NCBI GenBank assembly: GCA_000708835.1
Contig: DF236974.1
Span: forward strand, 301,208 to 365,207
From: Klebsormidium nitens
Taxonomy: Eukaryota; Plantae; Klebsormidiophyceae
Length of the DNA: 64,000 bases
Direction: 5' to 3'
The notes under the pieces were generated by a model. That model did no database searches. It saw only the letters and a program-made list of their open reading frames with translations, and was not told the DNA's origin. The position numbers and the translations under genes are program-made. This document shows, one piece after another, positions 1 to 13,400 of this stretch; positions within the stretch are counted from its first letter, which is position 1, and each line of letters opens with the position of its first letter.

Positions 1-384
1 TGGTTCGTACCGTAGCTTGATTGTCTTGGTGTCCTGCAGTTGAGCACATAGAGTTTTTTCCAAAGTTGGCGGACCAGTATACTCAAGCTGCCAACAGAAA
101 GTTCCACCAAGATGTGCTCAGCAGGGCCCTCTCGAATACCAACTTGCACGGTTTTCAGGCAGGTAGATTCCGTCAAACTAGACCCGACAGACTCCCTCAC
201 TCAATTTTGAGTCCCTATCTAACAATGTCATTCGAAGTTTTTTCGCTGTAAAATTTGCTCGTTCTGGTCCCGGGAAAATTCTGATTCTATCCGGACTAAC
301 AGACACTTGATTATGCCTTGAGATAAATTGACGCCAAGCTTCGCCTTGTCATGCAAATTTTTTGATCAGTTAGTGTGGTCTAAC

Positions 385-994
385 CTGTTCGTCGGCCTTG
401 AAGATATTGCTGACAGACAGCCGCACTGTGAAGCCCTCCTCCACCACCAAATCAAAGTGCATCACAAACATCTTGGACGGTTGCACGCATATCATCGCGT
501 ACAAGAAGCGGCCAGTGAGGGCCAGGGAGTCTGTCTTTTTCTTGGGGATCTGAAGGAAGTTCTTGGCAGGGATGCTGCCTGAGATGCGATAGCACATCTT
601 GCCGATTGTTCTATCTGCAAACAAGGGCCAGTACTAGCTGAGACAGCTTATATTTTAAGTGGACGTTGGAGCAGCACAAACAGCCAACAATCCGTTGCGA
701 AGTCTGCAAAAGGGTACAATTGCCTTCTGTGCTGCCAACCAATCCTGTAAAGCTCAGGACCGGGCGATCTGAGCTGTAGTAGGCCGATTCACTTTCTGGC
801 ACCGCAGCTCATTGCTTGAGTTGCTCTAAGCAGCAGCCTCAGAAGCATAATACGATTTAGATACGAAACTTACCAATGTATAGGCGGATGTCGCCTTCAT
901 AAGACGCATTTGTCCAGCGTTCCACTCCCGCGTACTTGAAGATGTTCACAAATGGATGCTGCCATACTGTTGACAAGGGACAAAGTTTAGCCAT
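385..994 (-). CDS. WDR90: WDR90/POC16-like centriolar protein, first two exons (994-874, 614-385) encoding the N-terminal CFAP20/DUF667-like domain; the rest is expected at or beyond the left edge
   Basis: Spliced translation MAKLCPLSTVWQHPFVNIFKYAGVERW...D|RTIGKMCYRISGSIPAKNFLQIPKKKTDSLALTGRFLY...MHFDLVVEEGFTVRLSVSNIFK matches the WDR90 N-terminus; canonical GT/AG junctions with consistent phase. Confidence 0.8.
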
Positions 995-2820
995 GAATTG
1001 AACACCTCAGCGATGGAATGATTACTTTAATCTAGCTGGCCTCTGAAGAATTGTGAGCTCGTTTTCTCCTATTGCGTTTTGATAGTAGAATCCAGTCTGC
1101 AGCAATCAAGATTGGTTTCCAGAACAACGACACTCCAGCTAAGAACATTCCAGTAAAGCCGGTCAGCCGCTTGTTGCGATTGCAGAAAGACCTCTGAAGC
1201 AAATGACTTACACTTCGTTGCTACCAAGTCTGGAGTTGCAACCTTGCCACTTTTGTCTCCCAGGCGAACTGCATTCTCCTTCGGTCGCTGAGCTGCTTTT
1301 GTCGCCAGCTGTGAGGAGGCCGTTCTCTCAATCAGTTCAGGAGCCATGCCTGTCCACGCCTCAAGCTTTCCAACTTTTAATGGAAGTCGATCATAAAATG
1401 GGCCCGCACTACATGGCCCAACTCAGAAAACTCAAAGAAGTTATTGCAATGAAGGGTCCTTGCTTAACTGCGGCGACCCTATCTGCAGCTTGCTTGAAGC
1501 CCCTCGATCGAGCTCTTTGACAGCTCCAAGGTGCTCTTTCCGGACTTCGGGTGCTCTTGAGCAGGTCGCCTGCATAATGCTCTGCAGACAAATCGGTGTG
1601 TTTGAGCTAGCGCTTCTGGGGGCAGCTGGAGCCCTCTGCCCAGCCAGCGGAAATTAGGGTTTCACGTAAGAAGGTCAGGCACAACTTTCAGCCGTCGATG
1701 ACAAATCTGCATAGAAGAGCCGTCGATAAAGATCGCACTTTCAGATCGACGGTTAGCCCCTTCAACAGATCTCCCTAGAGAGCCACACTTTTGCAGCAGG
1801 GCCCGGTGTCCTGAGTCCTGACTCCTCCACCTGGGTCCACTTCCCAGGGGAGTATTAATACTTGCTTGCCAGCAAGCGGAAGTTTAACAGCAGAGCCGGT
1901 CTGTTGGGGCAGCTTGCCGGCCACGCAGGATTGGCGCGGTATTGAACTTGAAGGCCCTATGGTGGTGTACTCTGATGATCATGCCTTTTCGAATGGCCAG
2001 CTTTGCCAGCCAATAATAGTAGAAACTGAAGAGCCGTTGGGGGTGTCACCGAAGGGAGGTGCAAAGAACAGTGCGTTAATCAAGCCTCGGGATCTTGACA
2101 ATCTTAGGAAGGGACGCCCAGGGTGCGCTCAAGAAGTGAATGCCAGGGAATAAGTGGTCTTCAAAGGATGACCAATTGCTGCTCTGACTTTGTGACCACA
2201 TTGACTCCTAAAAGTTCATGTCCATGCACGCCAGCTAGGTTGCATGTCACAGCGGCAGTTCCTAAACCAGCTCGCGGTTGTTTATCAAGTGCTGCAAGGC
2301 GAGAGTGGACCGCCAATTGGTGGTGGCCTTGCAAGAAAAATCTCCGTGGTGTTATCAGGAGTGGTAGAAGCCCATGGTCAGAGTCAGTGCCTTCAAAATG
2401 CAGAGTACAAAGCTGGGGAAAGAGGAGCCCAGGCCCAATAATCAGCTTGCGATGCAGTGGTGCCAACATGGCAGGCAGCCAGCCCAACACCCTACCTTTG
2501 GTGGCCAAAGTGAATGTAAGGAATGCGGAGCTTGTGTGGTGGCTCGGCTGTGTCTGATCGAGTCGGAGAAGGTGGCCCCTTTTCAGACCTTAGCTGCTAT
2601 CGGGCTAGGCATTTTCTTCTAAGCAAAGACACTTGTTAGCCCGTGGTTCAATGTTAAAGTCGTTCTCTTCCTACAAATCTCTCAGCAAAACCCGGGATTT
2701 CAATGCATCTTTGAGTGCTGTGCAGCAGGAGCAGATGTCTTGTAGCTTGCTGAAGTTTGACTGGCAATAATATCTGTGCCATGCTTCAATGCTGATCATC
2801 ATGAATGTTGCATGTGAAGG

Positions 2821-5800
2821 TCCAAGCCCTCAACGTCCCCCTTCTGAGCCCGTTCACGGTGGCCAGCGCCGTTGTGGAACAAGTGAACAATGTAGCTGTT
2901 CAAGTCATGCTTTCAACTGGGGTAAGCAGATTCCTGCAACGTGCGTGAAGTTCTCTTTGACTGCATAAAACATGTGTCTGAGAATAGATTCCTCAGTCAA
3001 CGTACGGTACTCAGCCCACTGTCTCTGCCTATTCATTGGAAATCACCGCACAAGTTCTGCCGTGCTTTGTTAGTGAATCTGATAGCTGGTGCAGGTTCTG
3101 ACTCCAAATCTTGAAACTCTCTGCTCACAGCGCATTTATTGTTTCTCAATTTTGATGCAGCACTCTGGTTGGGGAGAGATTTCAATCATGCCACCCATAA
3201 CGGCGGAGGACCAGCCGTTTGCGCTGGACGCAGCCAAGAGAGTTGCGCAGTGGCTCCCAGGACATGCTGCTAATCCTTGGCAAGCAGTGTTGAAAGAAGT
3301 TGCAGCGCACATACCTGGACATCAATATGCTGCGGTAAGGATTGCTCGGACTTGTCAAAGGTGGTGTGAAAGAGTCTTCTTGGCACGAGAGCAAAAGGTG
3401 CTTCGAAGGTGTTCCTTTCTCCTGAAAGACAAAGTGGAGGCCTTGTTTGACCCTGCTGTCACCTCACAAGAGCTGTCTCATCCCCTCGGCCCCTATTGGA
3501 TGGACTCTGTCTTGACAATAAAAAAATGCGGACACCTTCCTTGCTTGCCTTCCTTTTGTGGTTGCCATCCTTCCTTGTCTCTTTCGCGGACCAATTTTCA
3601 AAATCTCAAGCATGCCTGAGGACATACATGCCCCACGCTCTTCATGCGCGGCCTTGTGCAGCACTTGGGCGAAGTAGTGCGCAGCATGCCTTAGTCAGCT
3701 TAGCCTTTTCAAGGTTGAGTTTACTCTTAAGCCTTATCACTGAGAAGGTTGCGTGGGCTGGCAGGTGCGTGCGGGGTTCGAGATGGCGCTGCTAGACGCG
3801 CTGGCTCAAAGCCAGGAAGTGCCCCTATGGCGCTTCTTCGGGGGAGCGTCTGACAGGGTCACGACGGACATCACAGTAAGAGACTGCCGTTCTTCTTTGT
3901 CTGGCTTGCTCTTCGAAGTTTTCGCGAAATTGGATGAGGACTTGCCAATTTCTGACTTGCAGAGGCAAACTCTCAAAGTTCTAGACATTCTGCAGAAGGC
4001 CGGGCTTGGTAACACATTTGTGACAGAAGGAAACGCATGCAGGTTTGTTTCGATGGAAATATTGCTTTGGAAGCCTTTTTATGGTCGTCATTACTTCTTG
4101 GTTGCAGATTCCTATCTGTCCCCCTCAAGAGGCTGCTGCCCTTGCTTTTACTTACAAGCAGCAGGGTTTCGAGACCATAAAGACGAAGGTAAGTTCCGTG
4201 AATCTTGACTTTTCTGTGATTTCCGCGCATCAACGGTTATCGGTGTTAAGAAGAAACCAGACAACGGGGTCATTTGGTGACTACGGCAAGGCGAGGCATC
4301 TGATCGTACATGGAAACCTCCACTTGCCGTGTTTTTTGCATTGGAGCGGCATGGCGTCCACACGTCGCCGCTTCCTCGGTAGCAGCTCCCTCTTAGCTTA
4401 ATCAGCTTACTTGGTAGGGTGTATCCTCTCTGTGCCTCTTTTCAATATGCTTCTCCGGTCATCTCTTATGATGACGGTGTTCTCGCCGGGCAGGTTGGAA
4501 AAGAGCCGAAGGACGACATCATTCGTTTGCGGGCCATCAGGTTCTCCCATCCCCAGGTTAGGAAGCAAGTGCCTTGCATTGAGTCAGAAACAGCGGCCGG
4601 AGCAGTTGGCAACCAGAGTTTGTGGACATCTTCCCTCTGTCCTTCGAGATGACTTTCTCTTGTCACAGTCATGTGGTGAAGGCCCCCCGTTGTTGTGTCC
4701 AAAAGGAGGCTTGTAACAATCGGAGAACCTCTAGAAAGAAGTCGGCTGTTCCGCTACCATGCAGTGCAGATTGATTCTGGACGCAAACGAAGGGTACACG
4801 CCCAATGAAGCGCTGGACGTCCTGCGGCTTCTTCAAGGTAAGGTAAGCGAGACCAGCCCTGAAGAAACGAAGAAGTAATGTTCCGGTCGCGGCTATATTT
4901 GCGAGTTTTCTTGACATCCTGACGGTAAGCTCAATCACGAAAACTTTGAATCTTCGTGGGAAATGCTTTTGAACTGATGGAACTTGCGATGCCCTTTCCA
5001 AGCTTGAGCGTGGTGGTGATTTGAGTGTTTTAACTACGATACTGAAGAGCCCCGTGCATCGTGTCTGAAGCGAAGCTTTTCTTCTCGCCGTGCCGCAGAC
5101 GCTGGGATGAGCCCAATCCTCCTGGAGCAGCCGGTAGCCCGAGACGACTGGGAGGGCCTGAAAGAAGTCACGCAACAAGCGAATCGAGTCTACGGTAAGA
5201 GGGCCACCTGCTCTACAGCTTCTTTGTTTCGTTCATTTTGCAGACGCCTGAGTACCTTTTTTCTTGCTCGGCCGTAGGGACCTTCGCGAAGCGGTTTGAG
5301 ATCGTCATCGCTTCATCTGAAGTTGCGTTGCGTTCCTTCAAAACTGGACGGCTTAGTCGCAGAGCATACGCGCCGATCGACGAACGTGGTCCAGAACCTC
5401 ATTAGGTGTCAGCTACGAGGCAATGATGCCGTTACGTCTCTCATAACTTCTCACGGATGGATAGGTTTACCAATCTGCTGTGCTTCTGATGGCGTGCGAG
5501 ACGTCCTTACAGGAGTTTCCGTGGCGGCGGACGAGAGCTGCCGCAGCGCCGCTGACGCGAGGCGGATCGCAGAGAACAGGATCGCGAACGTGCTTAACAT
5601 CAAGCTGGCGAAGTGCGGGGTGGCCGGAGCGCTCGAAACGGTCGCCATCGCCAAGGAATATGGGCTGGAGCTCATGATGGGGGGCATGGTGAGGATTTGA
5701 CCAGATTGGATATACGCAATCATTGATCGATTTAGCTTGCGTTACTGTATACAGTATGTATAGCTGAGCCGTACGAGGCTGCGCTGCGTGGAGCTTGGCC

Positions 5801-6900
5801 CACCTTCTTACCCTGCGCTTTCGAGGAATCGAGGACGTTCAGACAATGCGCCAGAACAGCGCAGCCAGACCTGGCGAACAACGGCGAAAGAAGCGATCAG
5901 CATCAGTACGAAGCGAGGACATTGAGCTACCAAGCAAACGTCCCTTTTCGAGTTCTGGCAGCTAGGATTGTTGAGAGGCGTCGGAAAAGGTCGCACATAG
6001 TCTCAAAGGGAGAGGAAGCACAGATTACGCATTCATCGATGTTGCAGGGCGTCCTTGGGCCGCTTCACATCTATCCAGATGTCACTTTGTCAACGACGTG
6101 CTAATTTTCGTTTGCTTGTACCTTGTCTTAGATTGCATCAGGCAGCGGAGTAAGTGATCCTGGTCTTCCGCTTGCAGGTGGAGACGAGGCTTGCGATGGG
6201 GTTCGCTGCTCATCTTGTCGCTGGAGTTGGCGGTTTCAGGTGAGGCCACCGGAAGAGAGCTTCTTCGTTTCTGGCCGCGCCATATGGACCCGATCTGTAC
6301 GATGCCAGATCGAACTCAAGATTTATAAACATAAGCCGAAATAATAAGGTAACGCACTGGGTTGGGTAAGCTTATTTGGTGGTTATGGTGGGTGGGGGTG
6401 CGGAGCAGTTGTGTATCGGTTGGGTTAGGGGTTTTGAAAGTTAGTCGGAGCCTATTACTATCTTCGCTGATATCATTTCTTTCTCGAGGTTCATCATTCC
6501 AGGCAGGATGAAGTGAGGACGCCTTATAGTAGCAAGCTCGCATTCTCAGAATTTACTCCGCTCCGGGAGGTACTCTGCAGGTACGTCGATCTCGACACGC
6601 CGCTCCTCCTCGCCAGCGATCCAGTGCAAGGGGGATACTCTGGTGAGTCCATCAAGCAGATTGCTCTAACCGTGTTCTCGAGCTGCTCCGAATCGTCCAT
6701 TTTGACGGGTCCTATAACGTCACTTTATTCTAGAAAGGCTATTGACGTTCCATTGCTTTCTTACAACAACGCTTTCTTACAACAACGTGTTCTGAGAAGG
6801 CTGACCAGAATACGTGATGCCATGTGCAGCATCGGGGCCCCATTACTCTCTTGGCTCCACAACGGGACACGGAGCTTCGTTAGCTGTTGTTGAGTCGTAG
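2821..6900 (+). CDS. L-Ala-D/L-Glu (dipeptide) epimerase, enolase superfamily, about 11 exons; true start not resolved (5' of 2821)
   Basis: Exons read LNVPLLSPFTVAS, GWGEISIMPPITAEDQ, VRAGFEMALLDA...PLWRFFGGAS...TTDIT, GFETIKTKVG, LDANEGY, LLEQPVARDDWEGL, VAADESC, NIKLAKCG, LMMGGMVETRLAMGF, YVDLDTPLLL, ending GHGASLAVVES* (TAG 6898-6900); GT-AG borders throughout. Confidence 0.9.
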
Positions 6901-8002
6901 GAGACAGACTCGATTTCGGATGCGATCCGAGGGTCGATACTCTTGCTGTTGATTAGTGTACAGCCGCATGGGACGAGCAGGGACATAAGGTCCGTTCAAG
7001 CCCCATCAGTGACCGACAATTTGCTGTCGATAGTAGACTATTGTACGTTGTTCTGACCTGCACGCAATTTTACTTCAGTACCAGAATCTACTCTCAAGCA
7101 TTTCCTGCAAGCGACGTCCTTATTGCATGTGAAGCGCCCGCTATTTTGCCGAGTCAACTATCTTGCTCACTGGCTCATTGTTGTATATACCTATGGTCCA
7201 TGCATGCTGGCAGTATATCGAGCGGCGAGGCTTGTAAACATGTTCAACGCGGTCATGATATGTTGAACTATATATATGTTCACGACGGTCACCAATCTCG
7301 GCTGTCGGCAACCACGTGCATGTAGCGGATATTCATAACGGCAGCTGTCATTCTGGAAATGTCTGCTAAGTCGTACACAAAAGCAGGCGCTTCGTCAAAT
7401 TCGCACTGCACTATAATAGCAAGCAGAGTACTGCTTTGATTGCGAACTCATTACCGTGCCAGTCTCTACGCACAGGGATGATAGACACAAGCTTCTGGCA
7501 CCAATAGCGGCGTTTTGAAAAGGCCACGCGGCCGCGGTCTGTTGCGGTGAGTCCCTTAGGCTGTCCGATCGCGTTGCAAATTCAAGGAGTCCCACAGTGA
7601 GAAGGATCGTCAGCCTTGAAAGCACCATGAAATCAATCTCGTAGTCTGTACTTCTTTCGTTAGTCAGGTATTCGACTCAGCTTCAGAGATTGCAAGAAAA
7701 ATTGTGTCAAATTTTCAGTGGCTCAGATCGACGGACGATCGTCACGTGTGATCACGTGGCATGATCTGGTTCTCACATCAAGTCTGTTGAAGACGGGAGA
7801 AATGGGTGCGCCACTTCGCAGCTATCCTGCATGATTGAACTTTAGGGCCGGGGGTCTCCTGACGCCCTCACCTGTACCGCAGCTCAAGACGAAAAAGAAT
7901 CGAGCGCAGAGTAGGCGCTTCTGTTTCTGTAGACTGTAGGCGTGTTAGCGCTAGGACCCAAGGTGCTTACAGCGCTTCAATCAGGTGAATAGACTGCCCG
8001 CC

Positions 8003-8998
8003 ATGGCGCCCCTCACTCTGCGCCGCCTCCTTACATGCGCGCCTCCAGTCTTGCTGGGCGTGATCTGCCTGCTCTTCCGCGTTGTCCTGCTCGCGCGTTT
8101 CCTCAGAGAAAGCCCCGCAGAAAGCAGCAGCAGTAGCGAGCACACAGTTGTCACGTTCCATACCCATCGCTTCTATCCGCTGAGACCGATATTTGGGGCG
8201 GCAGTCAACGAACCGGTGGGCCTGCTCATAGTCGGGGAGCTGTTCCTCCTGCTTTACGTCTTTGCAATCCTGGCGGGCGTCGAGTCGTGCAGGATGCGCG
8301 CGCACAAGGCTCTGAAGATCAACGCCATGCATCTCCTTCAATCCCTGGCACCGGCTTTCACCAGCTGCCTTGCGTTTTGCATGGTCTGGCTGCCTTATGT
8401 TCTGTTCAGCGGAGGGAGGGAACGGCGCGCGGCATCCGCGGAGCGGAACCGGCTGCGGCCGCGCATGTTTGACGTCTGGACGCAGGTCACGATCTTCATC
8501 CTGGCGCCCTCTCTGCTAGCCCTGGTCTTGATCCGAGAGCAAGTTTTCCTCGGTGTCTTGATGGCATTCTCCATGATCCTTACAGCGATCTTCTACGGTA
8601 CCTCCAGAGAGTACTCGCCTCCCAGCACAGCCACAGAGATGGAAGAAGAGGCAGGCCTTCGATACGAAGTGGTGGTTGCTTTCACCTTGATCTGGCGCCT
8701 TGTCACGCTGGTATTCATCTTCAACGATCCTTCGCTCCTGTCTCAACCTCTGGCGCTCTTGATGGGAAGAGCAGGCTTTGGCATTCTCGAGACAGCGCTC
8801 TTGTTCTTCCTGAAAGACCTCATCGGCTTAACGCTGTGTGTGACCTACTTTGCTCTACTTGAGGATGGGCCGCTGGTGGGGTTGTGCATGATGGTGGGGA
8901 CGCTGAGCATCCTGGGACCGGCCCCCACGTTTGCCATCTACTGCACTTATCGGGGGAGGAAGATTGAGGACTCGATGCTGGACTTTACTAGCTGGTGA
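8003..8998 (+). CDS. Intronless multi-pass membrane protein, paralog A of a four-member family
   Basis: Long hydrophobic ORF from ATG 8003; shares N[EH]PVG..[IV].GEL, E..R, DL[IV]GLTL...YFALLEDG and LGPAP.FA.YC.YR motifs with the ORFs at 22.8-28.4 kb. Confidence 0.8.
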   Translation: MAPLTLRRLLTCAPPVLLGVICLLFRVVLLARFLRESPAESSSSSEHTVVTFHTHRFYPLRPIFGAAVNEPVGLLIVGELFLLLYVFAILAGVESCRMRAHKALKINAMHLLQSLAPAFTSCLAFCMVWLPYVLFSGGRERRAASAERNRLRPRMFDVWTQVTIFILAPSLLALVLIREQVFLGVLMAFSMILTAIFYGTSREYSPPSTATEMEEEAGLRYEVVVAFTLIWRLVTLVFIFNDPSLLSQPLALLMGRAGFGILETALLFFLKDLIGLTLCVTYFALLEDGPLVGLCMMVGTLSILGPAPTFAIYCTYRGRKIEDSMLDFTSW

Positions 8999-10434
8999 CG
9001 AATAGATTGATCCACTGAGAAGATGGGAGACGAAGCTAAAGCTTGTTTAAGTTTCTCGAACATGGTTTATTGGTAATTGATTGCAGCGGAGGACGGTGCA
9101 TTTAAGCCAGACAGGCTGCTTGTGGTGGACCGTCCAGCGCTCAATCAAATCAAAGTTGCGCAAAGGTTCCGGGCAATTGAGGGAAGGCAGGTATATCGGA
9201 GCGCGAAGAACGAAGGCTTCTTCCAGTCTGCAGATCCAATCCGGAATATTGTGAAGTGCGATATACATACCTTGGTGCTCGAAGGATGGACAACATAGAT
9301 GTAAGCATTGCGTCTCTCTTCTGCCAACAATCTTTGAAAAAAAAAGTTGATCAAGGAGTTCTGCAAGGAATCCATCAAGATTGTCAAACATGTTGCAAAG
9401 CAGGTTGCTGTAGTGTTGGTTGCTGAACGCGCTAGCTCGTGACAGGCGGCAAGATCTTGATTGAGTGTTCGTATACGCCATTGAGCGTCCATGCCACGAC
9501 TCCGTCACCAAGTTGCGCTGATTACTATTTGAAGCACTCATTCAATCGGAAGCTCTGACCGTGGACGTTGATTGATAAGCAAATGCATCCTTGCCTATGC
9601 TAAGAGCTCACCGGCCCCTTCGAGGATGCATAGAACCACCCAAAACCTCCATTTCCAATCTGCAACGGACAATGTGTTCTCGATTGCAGCGAGTCAAACG
9701 GATGCTGTTGTGTATCATGCCAAGTTGTTCAATTAATGGATCAATACATATTGATCGATGCATCTATAAGCCGCTGGACAAGTTATTTATCAAGAACAAC
9801 AAAAGGTATGGCGCATTTGCACATGGACCGATCATGATCATTGTGCCAAACCTCAGTACGTGCATATAGATTCATGGGTCCTTCACGCAATCTGCCAGTG
9901 TACCAAAAACAGCATGATACAAGGAGATCTGCATGTAAGTCCCATTCGTGTTGAGCGCTAGACCAAGTAGCTGATGTCGTTTGAGCCGCCGCTACGTATA
10001 CATTATGAAGCATGAACACAGTGCGCACGGCCGGTCACTTCGTCAGCCGGCCCTACAATGTTGCCCGATCATGACTAGCTTACATTACACTCGAAGTTAA
10101 AGGACGTGGACTTGGTAGTGAACTTCATTGTTAAGCGCTTCATACAATCATACTCATCCTCCAAGCTTGTCATCGCAACAGAGCACAGTTGAGATCGACT
10201 CTCTCACCGAGTCCGTTTCAACTCCCGGTCGTTTGACGACGAAGCCCCAGCACTTTCTCCAAGTTGAAGGCAGCGAGAGGCGCCGCCTGTGGCGGTCTTA
10301 GTATGTACAATCTGCACATTTCTGTCAGTACGGATCAACTTCCTGCATCCTTTGTACACGGCTCTAGGCTAGCAATCCGACCCCTTGACTTCCGTGAGAC
10401 TACTGACAACATCGACGCTTCTTTCTTACTGAGC

Positions 10435-13400
10435 TCAACCCTGTGGCAACCCTGTACTCCTGTTTGCTTGCGGTGCTTTCCGTTTCCTGCTCTTCAGGGT
10501 CCCATTCGCAGCTGGCAGCTCCACTGTCTGCCGAGAAGGATGTGGTTGGGTTAGCATCTCGGATGCATTTGTCTGGGGCGTTGCGGAAACAGTCGGGGTG
10601 GATTCGAGGTCTACCGAGCTCGTGCCGGGGGCCTCGGGAGCCGCCGCAGATTGCGCTCCGACCGCATCTGTGACCGGACGTTGTGCCCCGACCGTGGTTG
10701 TGGCCGGCGACGAGATACCGGGGTCGATTCCGGCTGCGTGAAGCAAGCCCCCAGGAGTACTGTACGCGGTGAGGAGTCGGGCGTTGGGTCCCAGAGCGAC
10801 CGGAGGGTCGCCCCGGTCGGTCAGCGGGGCTTCCTTTCGACGTCGCTTGGGCGCCTGAAGGAGAACGCCAAACGAAGGTTCAGGATGGTAGTGGCCGAAA
10901 GTGAATGCGTCGGAGGTGCGAGAGAGGCTACGAATCAGATCTACCCAACCGAGACGGCTGAATTATGAAGCAGTTTCTGGCCTACAATTCAGGCCGTCCT
11001 GCAGTCCTGCGCAAACCTTCAGGCGGGTGTTTAAAGCAGAACGGCAGCTTAATGCGGCCACGAAATAGCCCGAGATCTTCCCCTCCCGATAAGCAAACTG
11101 AACATTCTTCTAAGGGTGACTCACTTTTGGGCGACCTTCCGTCGGCCGCTGCCCGTCCTGCGTCGCCCCCTCCTCGACAAGGACCTCGCCGTCTCGCGGC
11201 TGCCGCTTCCGCTTCGCTTTCTTGCCCGTGTGGGAACCTTCTTGAGCCTTTTGCTGCTCGAGCTCCTTCTTCCGGCTCTCCTTTGCTTTCCGGCTACTGT
11301 CGGCCTCCCTGCACAAGGCCCAACGAAGTCAGAAGGTCTAAGACGGCCACAGGCTACCTTCGAAAAGAGCAGAAGGGTGGAGCTGTCGTCCTGCTCGCTG
11401 TCGCAATTCTGACGATGGCAGGTGTGACTGGCGGGTTCCGTTCGACAGGACCGGAACATAGAGGAGTTTGCTACTGCTGATTCGAAGTGTTGACCGGAAG
11501 CAGCAGCCTGTCAGTTAGCATGCCTGGAGTTGTTAATGACGAGCGAAGGAGCCAACAAACATCGAAGGCCCCTTCGAATCCAGATACTTCGGAACACGAC
11601 ACTCTGAACTCCTGAACTCAGAGTCCTGAATTGTTTGAAAGCCTGAACCACAAAGGCTCCCTGATCGCAGCCCTCTACTTGGAAACACGGCTTTCTGTCC
11701 GGTGAGCGTAGCTAAGCAAGCGGAATCTAGAAGATTTGATTCCCTGATTGCTTACAACAATACGACCTTGAACATTGGGACCAAACGGGCTCACTTGGCG
11801 AGCTTGGAGTTGTGCATGGTGAGCGTGGTGACGACGTGCTTGAGGCGGCGAGCGTACTGCGCGATCGCCACCGCGTGCTTCATCTTGAGCTTGCTCCGCT
11901 TGCGTTTCTCCACTGCGAGGTCGCACAGGAACGACGCACGCTGCTTCCGAATCACGAGCTTCTTCTTGCCAATGATCTCCTGGCGAAGAGATGGCGAAAG
12001 ACGTTAGACAGTGCGTCGCGACGGGGTTGTTCTGGGCTTCAGTATACCGTTGGAATGGTACGGTACGGGTCAAAAAGAACAAGCAATGCTCTGCAAAGTC
12101 AAACCGGAATCCGATAAAAAGGAAAGACAGATACACTTTTCTGCAGAGAACTCATTTGAAGGAGACACTGCAGTTGGAGCAACGAGAGACAGTTTGACCC
12201 GATCGTACATCCGACAGTCAGAACAGCAAGACGTCTTGTTCATCGTTCCAAATGTAAGCCCTTTTCAACGAATCATGGACAGTTCCTGCAAAGAGCAGCA
12301 AAGACGATCCACAGAACGGAGTGAACAAGGAATGCCTCTCCGAATCCCAAACTTGTACCCGTCAAGCTCCCTTCTTTTCCGCAAGAACTGCAACAAAGCC
12401 CAAACGGCTTCCTTTGCCCGCTCAGCAGACTCGGCTCAAATGGTTCTTCCGTTGCTTCTCTCAAGACCCGAGCCCCTGAAACCCACCTGGAGCTCCTTCT
12501 TGTCCTTCTCGTACTTGAGCGCGCGCGTGTTGGCGTTCGAGACAGCCTCCTGCAGCTCCTTCAGCTTCTTCTTGAGCTGCTCGTTCTCCACCTGCAGCTC
12601 CGCACCCTTCTCCAACACCAGGCCCGCCAGCTGGGCTGCAGTAGAGTACGTTCGGGAAAGCAGTGTCAAAGGGGCGTAGACCTTGAGAGTAAACCTTACG
12701 TTCTTGAGGCCCTGATGGTAGATTCGACGGTTGGAGAAAGTGGACTTCGCTTTGCTGGTTTGAACAAGCGCCTTGGCCATGTTCCGGCAGAGTGATAGGT
12801 CTGGTACCGCTTCGAGGCTATCGTGAGCCCTTGATGTGGTTAGTTTAAGACGGGGGGCTCCAGAATGGCAGACCGAAGTCAGAACCCTCCAAACAGTGGT
12901 CCTCAGAGAAGGTCAAGGTTCATTCTCAAAGACAAGGTGTAGGCTACTGACACAGACCTGGTTCCAATCGGGGCAGATGAACCGTGAATTCCACGCCTGG
13001 CCACTTCTTGAGAGCTTAAACATCCTGGGAATTAGCACGTCCCAACGCTTAGGTTGTTTGCCATTGAAAGCAGTTCCTGTGGAGAAAAGAGAATGTAGGG
13101 GCCCCAGAGTACTCACTTCCTCCCGAGATTGGCTGCTGTTTGCCCTTCTTTCCCTTCTTGCGCTGTTCGCTGTCCTCCTGCTGCAGCCGCAGGGCGTCCT
13201 CAAAGTGCATGATGCTGCCCTGCCCCGTCGTCACCTGCAATGCCCGGGTTCTGCCACTTGAGAAAGTAGCTAACTGAGCCTATGTAGGAGGAGGATGCTC
13301 TCCTCACGAACGCCGCACAGAAGTATACTTGAGAGCAATCAGAGACAGAAGCTACCCAAAGAGGTTGGTCACATGATGCTTCCTGCGGAGATAGTTACAA

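Noticed and set aside
6350-6440. Telomere-like GGGTTAGGG here and CCCTAACCC near 32555-32610
   Set aside because: Only one or two degenerate units in low-complexity introns; not an interstitial telomere array
9047-9541. 164-aa minus-strand ORF downstream of membrane paralog A
   Set aside because: No recognisable motif, start context or exon partners; may be a decayed fragment
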